Assembly: GCA_963827235.1 (NCBI GenBank)
Contig: CAWHAE010000008.1
Span: 64,001 to 128,000, forward strand
DNA from: an uncultured bacterium
GTDB lineage: Bacteria > Chloroflexota > UBA5177 > JANWHV01
Length of the DNA stretch: 64,000 nucleotides
Direction of reading: 5' to 3'
Shown: piece by piece, positions 30,881-38,595 of the stretch
Position numbering within the stretch: the first letter of the stretch is position 1
Layout: each line of letters starts with the position of its first letter
The notes under the pieces: generated by a model
What the model was told of the DNA's origin: nothing
What the model saw: the letters and a program-made list of their open reading frames with translations, nothing else
The model's database searches: none
Translations under genes and position numbers: made by a program

Positions 30881-33397
30881 TCAGAGGGCCTTGAAGTGGT
30901 CGATATGCTGCATGATGTCGATGAACGAGTCGGCGATGTTAACCAGCTCGGTCGAGACATTCGCCGCGAAGGCGACCACTTCCACTCGCACGCCCTTCTG
31001 CTGGATGTGCTCGATCACGCATTCGAAATCACTGTCACCCGACACCAGCACTACGACGTCGAGCCGGTCGGCCATGGTCAATATGTCCAGGGCCAGCTCG
31101 AGATCGAAGTTGCCTTTCGCACTGCCGTCGGAGAAGCGCTTCAACGGCTTGGTGATCAGCTTGTAGCCGGTACGCAGAAACGGTGCTACAAATCGCTGTG
31201 TCTCGTAGCGGATTCCCTCGCGGACGTCATCGATGATCGGCGAGTAGGACAGAGCGTGCACGAGATGCCGGTCGCGCGACAGGTACTTGAGCATGCGTCC
31301 GTAATCGATACTGACTCTGGCGTTGGCCGCTGCGTAGCAGACGTTCGGGGCGTCTACGAATATCGCCGTCTTGGGCTTGAACGCACGCACGCTTGTCGCG
31401 GCAGCGAGGTCCTGGAAAGACTTGTTCAGCGCCGACACGTTGGCGCTCAGCGTTTCGATCTGGCGGCCCTGCCCCTCGATCATTGCGCGCAGCAGGCGGT
31501 TCTGCACCTCGAGCAGACGCTCAGTCTTGGTTTCGCCCGGCGCCAATGGCTCGTCGGTGCGCAAGTCCGGCACCTCGATAGGCGCTGCGGAGAGGACCAG
31601 CTGAGGCGGGACGGGCAGCGCGATAGGCGCGGGCGGCACCGCCTGAGGGATCGGAGCGAAGCGGCCGCTCTGGCTGGGCTTTGGCGGCGGCATGGTTACT
31701 GCAGAATGGTTGCTCCGCGTGAACGTGCGTCCCCAGCGGCGCTGCGGGCCGCGCTCGCGCCACGACCGCTCAGTTCGGCCTTCGGTATCCGGGGTGAACA
31801 TGGCAGCGTAGCTGCCGTCGGATAGCTCGGGCGGCGCTGCTGCCGGTTCGGCGACCGCCGGAGTGTCGACGCCTGCCGGCAGGTCGATCACGTCGGCGTC
31901 TGCGCCCGAAGCGGGAACGACGTGCAGGGCTCCGCGTCGGCGACCCCGCCCGCCGCGCCGGCCGCGGCGGCCACGACGACGCGCTGCATCGGTGCCCTCC
32001 GCGTCGGCAAGAGAATCGGCGAGGCCAGCCACCCTATCGTCTTCGGGCAGCTCATCCTGATCGTCTTCCGCAACTTCCTCATCCTCACCGTCTGCAGCCT
32101 CCGGCGCCGGTGCTGCCAGGTCGGTCTCGTCGGGCTGGAACATGTCAAGCAACGAGCGCGCCAGGGCTTCCGTTCCGTCGAGGTCTCCGCCCGGCGAGGT
32201 CATGAACAGCGGCTCCTCGACCGTCCAGCCCGCGGCTGGCATGATCTGCTGCGGAGTCGAATCGACCTGACTGGCATCCGCCAGCGCGCTGGCGGCCGGC
32301 TCCGGGCCGTCCTCCGCTGGGCCGAATACAGGTTTTGCGATCGCCTCGGCAGCCCCGACAATCGGCAGCGCCGGTTCCGGTGTCCCGGTGGCATTCGAGC
32401 CGCGGCGTCGCGCCGGGCGAGCGCGACGCTGGCGGCCCGTCCGTACGGCTTCAACGGTCGACTCACCTCGCTCGGGTTCAGCGGCAGACTCGGCCACGAG
32501 CTCGGCGTCGGCGGGAGCCTCGTGCGCGGCAGCCACTGCGGGCACCACAACCAGGTCTGCGCCGACGTCTATGGCCTGCGGCAACCGATCACCGGTGTCG
32601 GCGCCGGAGTGCTCAGGTGCCTCGACAGCTCCGGAAGAAGCTGCCTTTCTCGAGCGAGTGCGCCTGCGAGCAGGCCTCTTCGCCACCGGCTCTGGAGACG
32701 ACTGCGATGGAATCTCGGCTTCGGCGCTCGAGGGCAGGCCGGCCAACGCGTCGACCTCCCGCGCAGTGTCCGCTATGCCGGCTGCATCGGCTGGGCTCTC
32801 CGCCGCAGCGGACATCTGTCGCTCGGCTGCAGGCTGGGCGGCTGCTGCGGAGAACTGGGCCGGTGCGGTCGTGGACATGCCGACCGTCCGTCCGGCCACT
32901 TGGCGTTCTCCAGTGTCGCCGCGTGCCTTGCCCGTCGTCGTTCTGGAGCGCCGCGTTCGCGAGCGGGCAGGGCGCTCGATGGAAGGTGGGGATACGGGCT
33001 CCAAGGTTACCGGATCGACGCCATCGAGCAATAGCGCTTGGGTCGCGATTTCGGCCGAGACCGCCGGCAGCGCCGACTCGGCGGCCGCTCGTGGATCAGC
33101 ATCTTCCGTCGCGGTCCGCGGAGTCTGAGTTTGGGCCAAATCTCTGCCATGCGGGAGAGCGGCCTGAGAAGCTCCGACCTCCTCGCCGGCAGGTCTAGTT
33201 GATTTGGATCGCTTGGGTGCGAACCGTCGTGGACGAGATGCCTCGAAACCGGGCTGCCCATCCAGAGCCGCCGACGGAATGCCGTCTGCCGCTACCTGGG
33301 TCGGAGTCTCACCTGATTCACCGGTGGGTCCGTCGGTCTGCGTGTTATCCGCGGCATGAGAACTGATCCCCGATGCCTCGTCTATAGGAGTGGACAT
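30881..33397 (-). CDS. NYN (LabA/DUF88, PIN-like) domain protein with very long disordered N-terminus and coiled coil
   Basis: C-terminal ~165 aa: AIFVDAPN, KGNFDLELALD, LVSGDSDF, GVRVEV, L...ADSFID; RBS AGGAGG upstream of ATG 33397. Confidence 0.88.
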   Translation of the reverse strand: MSTPIDEASGISSHAADNTQTDGPTGESGETPTQVAADGIPSAALDGQPGFEASRPRRFAPKRSKSTRPAGEEVGASQAALPHGRDLAQTQTPRTATEDADPRAAAESALPAVSAEIATQALLLDGVDPVTLEPVSPPSIERPARSRTRRSRTTTGKARGDTGERQVAGRTVGMSTTAPAQFSAAAAQPAAERQMSAAAESPADAAGIADTAREVDALAGLPSSAEAEIPSQSSPEPVAKRPARRRTRSRKAASSGAVEAPEHSGADTGDRLPQAIDVGADLVVVPAVAAAHEAPADAELVAESAAEPERGESTVEAVRTGRQRRARPARRRGSNATGTPEPALPIVGAAEAIAKPVFGPAEDGPEPAASALADASQVDSTPQQIMPAAGWTVEEPLFMTSPGGDLDGTEALARSLLDMFQPDETDLAAPAPEAADGEDEEVAEDDQDELPEDDRVAGLADSLADAEGTDAARRRGRRGRRGGRGRRRGALHVVPASGADADVIDLPAGVDTPAVAEPAAAPPELSDGSYAAMFTPDTEGRTERSWRERGPQRRWGRTFTRSNHSAVTMPPPKPSQSGRFAPIPQAVPPAPIALPVPPQLVLSAAPIEVPDLRTDEPLAPGETKTERLLEVQNRLLRAMIEGQGRQIETLSANVSALNKSFQDLAAATSVRAFKPKTAIFVDAPNVCYAAANARVSIDYGRMLKYLSRDRHLVHALSYSPIIDDVREGIRYETQRFVAPFLRTGYKLITKPLKRFSDGSAKGNFDLELALDILTMADRLDVVVLVSGDSDFECVIEHIQQKGVRVEVVAFAANVSTELVNIADSFIDIMQHIDHFKAL

Positions 33398-33646
33398 ATG
33401 CCTCCTGATTGGAGTGTGTGTGGACGCGTGCTCGCGTCAAGGTGGAGGCACTGGCCGGATGGATGACGCCCTTGGCGACCGAAAGGCGGGCGAGCGCAGA
33501 AGCGCACGCGGCGTCCATGTATCGATTACAAGTACACCAGCAACGTAGCGAGCGAGAAGGGGCGCTCAGGCGGCGCAGCCACAAAGGCGGTAGCGCTACG
33601 TCGGGTCGGAAGCAGGATCGTCCAAAACGGCTCATGTGCTATTGAC

Positions 33647-33655
33647 AGTATAGCA
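33647..33655 (-). promoter_or_regulatory. Extended -10 promoter upstream of the NYN gene (implies ~250-nt leader)
   Basis: TGCTATACT on the minus strand. Confidence 0.5.
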
Positions 33656-33670
33656 CCACGACCAGGACGT

Positions 33671-33747
33671 TGGTGCCCCTAGACGGACTCGAACCGCCGA
33701 CGCAGCGCTTAGGACGCGCTCGCTCTGTCCATCTGAGCTATAGGGGC
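33671..33747 (-). tRNA. tRNA-Arg (CCT)
   Basis: GCCCCTA acceptor, TAGCTCAGATGGACAGAGC D-arm, AGCGC-GTCCTAA-GCGCT anticodon arm, GGTTCGAGTCC T-arm, encoded CCA. Confidence 0.93.
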
Positions 33748-33757
33748 GTGCCTTCAC

Positions 33758-33810
33758 ATTCTATGCTCGGGCATGCACTGTTGGCAAGCGACGTCCGAGA
33801 ACGCTATAAT
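33758..33810. promoter_or_regulatory. Back-to-back sigma70-type promoters of the two tRNAs
   Basis: Plus strand: TTGGCA 33781-86, 18 nt, TATAAT 33805-10. Minus strand: TTGCCA 33787-82, 18 nt, TAGAAT 33763-58. Confidence 0.65.
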
Positions 33811-33823
33811 TCAGAGGCTAATT

Positions 33824-33900
<77 letters not shown>

Positions 33901-33903
33901 GGA

Positions 33904-33957
33904 GCACGGTGAGCACGGCCATGGCAGCTTTAGCTGCCATGGCCGTGCTCACCGTGC
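33904..33957. repeat. Perfect 26-bp inverted repeat immediately 3' of tRNA-Pro
   Basis: GCACGGTGAGCACGGCCATGGCAGCT-TT-AGCTGCCATGGCCGTGCTCACCGTGC. Confidence 0.9.
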
Positions 33958-34024
33958 ACTGTAGCTACCGCGCACTGGCGGCTGGAAGACCGATACCGGT
34001 TCACGCCACGCGTGACCAGAGCGG

Positions 34025-37003
34025 TCAGATCTGCCGGTCGCCGGGCAGGGCCCACCAATCCAAAGTGATCCATGGCAGGCCCTCCGCAAGACCAATCTGC
34101 CGCGGTCCTGGGCCAGACGACTTTCGCACCATTGCCGAGCCTGAGCCTGCCGAGCCGGCACAGTTGGTACTTGCAGGGCAGATCCCGCCTACCGTGGCTC
34201 TGGCCACGTGGTGTAATACGTCGCCGGAAGTCTGTTGCCTGGGCGCAGGTGTGGCCGGCTGACCACCGCCGGCCGCCGCAGCGGCGGTAGCCACGGCAGC
34301 GTTGGCCACCGCTTGCTCCGTTGCCGCGACCTCAGCGGTAGCGGTGGCGCCTGCCCCGGCGGCGGCCGTCGACCTGGCCACTGCCGTCGCGGCGGCGGAC
34401 TTCGCGGCAGCGACGGCCACAGCCGTCGCCGATGCTGCCTTCGAGGCGGCCGCGGCAGTTGCCTTCGCCGCGGCTGCCGCCTGGGCTGCCTCCGTCGCCG
34501 CGGTCGCGCTCGAGTGGGCACTTGCAAGGGCCGTCGATCTGGCGACAGCCGTTCCCGCGGCGGATTGCGCTACCGCTGTTGCGGCTGCTGACTTTGCGTC
34601 CGCTGTGGCAGCTGCGGCAACCGCGGTCGCCGAAGCGGCAGCCGACCTTGCTGCGTTGATCGCCGCGGCCTGCGCCGTGGCAGTGCCTGCCGCCGCGGTT
34701 GCCGCGGAACCAGCCGCTGCCGTGGCGGAGGCCGACTTCGCGGCATATGCGGCGTCCGCGGTGGCGGCCGACCTGGCTGCTGCCGTCGCCGCGGCATAGT
34801 CCTTTGCCGCGAGAGCAGTCGCCGTGGCAGCGTGGGCGCCTGCCACGGCGGTAGCCGCGGCTGCAGCCGCGCCTGCCTTAGCCGTCGCCGTGGCCGCCGA
34901 ATCCTCTGCCGCCGTAGCGACGGCGGCATGCGCGGTCGCCGAAGCGGCAGCGGCAGCAGACTTCGCAGCAGCCGTGGCGGCGACCGACGCAGCGCCAGCC
35001 TTTGCGGTAGCTGCCGCTGCCGCTCTGGCCGCGGCCGTAGCCTGTCGTGAAGCCGTGGCGGCGGCGTCTGCCGCCACGAGCGCCGTAGCCTTGGACGACG
35101 ACTGTGCGTGCGCCGTCTGCGTCTCGGCTGCACTCACCGTGGCGCGGGCCCGAAGGCGTGCCCCGGCTGCGGCAGTCTTCGCCGCCGCCGCTTGAGCCAG
35201 TGCTGCCTTTGCCTGGGCATCTGCGGTCTGACGGGCCGTGGCTGCGACCGCCGTCTGGCGCGCGCTTTGCTCGCTGGCTGCAGTCGCCGTTCCTTTGACC
35301 AGGGCAGCGGCAGTATCCGAAGCCTGCGCTCCCGCCGTAGCGGCGGCCGCGGCTGCGGCTGTGTTGGTCGCGTTGGCCATGGCCGCTCCGCTCGAGCCAC
35401 CGCCGCCGGTGTGCCCGGCCGAGGAGCCACCGGCGTGTGACACCGTGGAGCCTCCCGCGGCCGCGGTCTGCTGCGCCGGGGGCAGCGCTGCAACGGCCGT
35501 TTGCGTGTCGACCGCTTCTATGTGAGAGACGTAGGCGACATGCGTGGCCGTTTGCCCAGCCACCAAAGCCTGCGCCGTAGCAGTCTTCATGGTGACGGCG
35601 GTTTCGGCGGTTGCAGTCTCATGGATAGCGCCCTGCACGGCAGTAGCTACCTTGGTTGCGTTGGTCGCTGCTACGGCAGTGCCCGTCGCATCCTGCTCGC
35701 GCTTGGTTGGCGTGGGAGTCACCGGCGTGCGAGACGCGAGCGCGGTGGCAGTTGCGCGCGCCTTCGCGGTGCCTGTGGCGACCCGACGAGCTTCCCTGGT
35801 CACCTTCGCAGCTGCGGTAGCCGTGGACATGCGTGCCGCGTGCGTGGCTGCCGCGTACGCCAAAGCCGTGGTAGTGGCGCGGGCCGCCACGGTGGCGTGT
35901 GTGTGCGCCGCCGCCGTGGCAAGAGCATGGGCCCGAGCCACGTCACGCTGATGCAGAAGAGTAGCGTGCGTTGCCTTGGCGTGAGCGACTGCGGTTGCGG
36001 TGCTTGCTGCCACGGCCGTGGCAGTGTTGTTCGTCTCGGCGTTAGCAGTGGCCACTATCACAGCTGTAGCCGTCGAGTTAGCATAGATGTCGGCCTGGTC
36101 TGCCACGTTCAGCCGCGCGGACAGACGGCTCTGATACATGGCGAGCCGGTCATCATTCGCGCTTGACATCACTGCAGTGCCTGTCGCTTCTGCCACCGCG
36201 AGCGCCTTGGACGCGTCGTCATGAAACGGCCAGTCGCCGACCGCGCTGTTGAATTTGCCGATGGCCCCGGCATAATCACCTGAGGCCTGGAGCTGCTTGG
36301 CCGAGCGTATGTCGGAGTCGTACGTGTTGTGGCGGATGTACGCTACCCCGGCGACCATGACGAACAGTGCAATGGTGATCACCCAGGCGATATTGCGCGG
36401 AGTCCGCGAACGCGACTGGCGCCGGGTATGCCTTGCGTGCCACTGACTCGGCTCGCCGCCCACCATCATGGGGCGCACCCTCAGCTTGCCGGAGGTATCG
36501 GATTCCTCGTCGCCGTCGGGCACCGCGCCCGTGGCGGACTTCAGCAGCCGCTCGAGCGGTTGCAGGTCCGGCGGCGTCGGCGATGCCGGCACCGCAGGCT
36601 GCGGTGAGACGCCCGGACCCAGGTGGGAGGTCGACCTTGGTCGAGGCAGCGGTGTGGGATCTCGCGTGACCGGGGCAGATCTCAGGTGGCCGCTGGTAGG
36701 CATTCTGCTAGGTATCGTGCGCGGATCCGGGCCGGGAGGGGAGACTAGGCGGCCCGCGGCGCCCAATATACCGTGCGCCGGCATGCCGCTCGAGTCCTCG
36801 GGGACGAAGTCTGGTGAGCCCGGCGCGCCGGCCTTCGCGGGCGAGCTGGTCGAGTAGAGGTATGCGTCCGACGGCTCAACTGGTTCGTGAGCCTCCGATC
36901 TCTCGCTCCCGGGTGGGCGGCTAAGTGCTCTGCCGCACCTGAGGCAGTACTTATCTTCTGGGCCGTAATCGAGTGCGCATCTCAGACAGCGCATCTCTGA
37001 CAC
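34025..37003 (-). CDS. Zinc-ribbon, single-TM protein with a TPR-like motif and very long Ala/Thr-rich region
   Basis: CLRC...YCLRCG at the N-terminus; Pro-rich segment; TM IAWVITIALFVMVAGVAYI; A..L...GDYAGAI..F; about 600 aa of ATA-type repeats; RBS GGGAG. Confidence 0.75.
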   Translation of the reverse strand: MSEMRCLRCALDYGPEDKYCLRCGRALSRPPGSERSEAHEPVEPSDAYLYSTSSPAKAGAPGSPDFVPEDSSGMPAHGILGAAGRLVSPPGPDPRTIPSRMPTSGHLRSAPVTRDPTPLPRPRSTSHLGPGVSPQPAVPASPTPPDLQPLERLLKSATGAVPDGDEESDTSGKLRVRPMMVGGEPSQWHARHTRRQSRSRTPRNIAWVITIALFVMVAGVAYIRHNTYDSDIRSAKQLQASGDYAGAIGKFNSAVGDWPFHDDASKALAVAEATGTAVMSSANDDRLAMYQSRLSARLNVADQADIYANSTATAVIVATANAETNNTATAVAASTATAVAHAKATHATLLHQRDVARAHALATAAAHTHATVAARATTTALAYAAATHAARMSTATAAAKVTREARRVATGTAKARATATALASRTPVTPTPTKREQDATGTAVAATNATKVATAVQGAIHETATAETAVTMKTATAQALVAGQTATHVAYVSHIEAVDTQTAVAALPPAQQTAAAGGSTVSHAGGSSAGHTGGGGSSGAAMANATNTAAAAAAATAGAQASDTAAALVKGTATAASEQSARQTAVAATARQTADAQAKAALAQAAAAKTAAAGARLRARATVSAAETQTAHAQSSSKATALVAADAAATASRQATAAARAAAAATAKAGAASVAATAAAKSAAAAASATAHAAVATAAEDSAATATAKAGAAAAAATAVAGAHAATATALAAKDYAAATAAARSAATADAAYAAKSASATAAAGSAATAAAGTATAQAAAINAARSAAASATAVAAAATADAKSAAATAVAQSAAGTAVARSTALASAHSSATAATEAAQAAAAAKATAAAASKAASATAVAVAAAKSAAATAVARSTAAAGAGATATAEVAATEQAVANAAVATAAAAAGGGQPATPAPRQQTSGDVLHHVARATVGGICPASTNCAGSAGSGSAMVRKSSGPGPRQIGLAEGLPWITLDWWALPGDRQI

Positions 37004-37115
37004 TCTCCCGCACTAATCCGGCGGCCGTCCAAGCTCGCCCGACCGGATCGGCATCGCCCCACCACAGTGCTTGAATGCGCGGCCGGTCCTGCCGGCAGTT
37101 GCGTGCCGTGCCCTC

Positions 37116-37826
37116 TCATCGCCGGCGCCTGCCGGGCCAAAATCCCGAGACGATGAGCGGCGTCATCAGTGGCGGCAGCGCGCTCTGCCTGGCGTTGCCT
37201 GCACTGCTGGCAAGCCAGCCGTCAATGCTCGAAGCCGCTTGGATCGCGCCGTTTGTGGCAGCGTCTATCGTCGTCGAGTCGCCGCCCTCGTAGTAGCCCG
37301 TTACATCCGCTATCACGTTCTGAACGCGGAACACGATCTCCACGGCGACGAAGTGCGTGAGCTCCGGGCCGAATTCACCGGTCGAATCGACAAACACCTC
37401 AGCGTCAGTCGGCAGCCTGCCCTGGGCGGTTGGCGTCTGCACGCCAAGGGCCAGACCGAGGATATAGCCCGTGTCCACCTCCGCGCCATTCGCCGTCTTG
37501 AAGCCGTAGAAGTCGTAGGTGACGAAGGCTTTGTAGGTCAGGTCGGTCGCGTTCAGCCAGCCGTGGTAACCGGTGACCCAGCCATCACGCTGGAAGAGCG
37601 ACGATACGTGTTTACCCAGGGTCGGCAGTAGCGACTGCCGGGTGATCGCGCCGCTGTGGCTGCTATCAATTGTGTATCCGGCCGGCACGGCGGTAGCCGG
37701 TATGGCGAGGCTGCCCGGACCGTCAACGTGCACCAGCGTGTTGCTCGCCCGCGCCGGAAGCACCGCAAGCGCCAGAAGACCGAGAGCCAGGACGACGACG
37801 ATAGACCTGCCACCTAACCTGCGCAT
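37116..37826 (-). CDS. Secreted hypothetical protein
   Basis: Signal peptide MRRLGGRSIVVVLALGLLALAVLPARA; C-terminal hydrophobic stretch plus RRRR; TGATG coupling to the upstream gene. Confidence 0.7.
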   Translation of the reverse strand: MRRLGGRSIVVVLALGLLALAVLPARASNTLVHVDGPGSLAIPATAVPAGYTIDSSHSGAITRQSLLPTLGKHVSSLFQRDGWVTGYHGWLNATDLTYKAFVTYDFYGFKTANGAEVDTGYILGLALGVQTPTAQGRLPTDAEVFVDSTGEFGPELTHFVAVEIVFRVQNVIADVTGYYEGGDSTTIDAATNGAIQAASSIDGWLASSAGNARQSALPPLMTPLIVSGFWPGRRRR

Positions 37827-38455
37827 CAGGTACTCTCTCCTCGTCGCTCAACAAAGACTTGATCCAGCCGCAGCCGGGCCGGTCTGCCTCGCTCGACATA
37901 CCACACGTCCTGCCTCTGCAAGGGTATGCCAGGCTGCCCGAGTCCGTGCCCTGCTTCCAGAAGCGATCGGGCCTCTCCGAAGGTTCTTGCCAGGAGCTGC
38001 TCGCCGCTGCCCTTGTCCACGAAGCGAATGGCCTGTTGGTCGGGTTCGCCCGCCGGATCGAGCAACACTTCTTCGCGCTGCAACGACAGGAAGCGGAACG
38101 AGTACAGCGCCGCTCCGGCGTCGATACCGTCGCGCCCAAGGATGGCATCCATCGTGGTGGTACTTCGGCGCCTAGCGCCGCCGGCGATCGCGGCGCCACC
38201 CGGTTGACCGGCGCCGGCACCCAGGCGCCGCTGCAGCTCGACCTGGATGGCGCGCAGACCCCGCCGCTGTGTCTCCAAATGCGCGCGCGCTTCGCCAAAC
38301 GCTGCTTCGGCTGCCTTCACAGCCTCCTGCCGCTCACTAAGGGCACGCACGAGCATCGCATCGGTCAGGCCGGCCAGATCGACGTTCGGCGATTCATTTG
38401 TCGGCTCGAACTGCTCGTTCGTCAGCGGTGCCCTTCCCTCGACACTGTGTGGCAT
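37826..38455 (-). CDS. Hypothetical cytoplasmic protein with N-terminal coiled coil
   Basis: Natural amino-acid composition, helical LVRALSERQEAVKAAEAAFGEARAHLETQRRGLRAIQVELQRR; stop overlaps the next ATG. Confidence 0.65.
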   Translation of the reverse strand: MPHSVEGRAPLTNEQFEPTNESPNVDLAGLTDAMLVRALSERQEAVKAAEAAFGEARAHLETQRRGLRAIQVELQRRLGAGAGQPGGAAIAGGARRRSTTTMDAILGRDGIDAGAALYSFRFLSLQREEVLLDPAGEPDQQAIRFVDKGSGEQLLARTFGEARSLLEAGHGLGQPGIPLQRQDVWYVERGRPARLRLDQVFVERRGEST

Positions 38456-38595
38456 GGTGCTATCGTTACGCACCATACAATGGAGTTGCTCGCATGACAA
38501 GTCCCACTATGGTATGGTTGCGTGCCTACGCAGGAAACGAGCCCATCCACAGCGATCACCTTGACAGCTCGGTCCGCGTCCACGCGGAGCCGCCG

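Noticed and set aside
26076-33397. RecD2 + MutS + NYN as one three-gene defence system
   Set aside because: The NYN gene is convergent, has its own promoter and is separated by a terminator-like hairpin; there is no mobile or defence-island context, so they are reported separately
34260-36070. CRISPR array or DNA tandem repeat
   Set aside because: The repetitiveness comes from Ala/Thr codons; there are no fixed-length identical repeats with spacers
34260-36070. Type I antifreeze protein call
   Set aside because: Thr spacing is irregular rather than 11-residue periodic; kept only as an analogy
37034-37044. CTCGCCCGACC resembling the tRNA-Pro 3' end (possible attR)
   Set aside because: Only 11 nt with an indel in GC-rich DNA, and no integrase in the window
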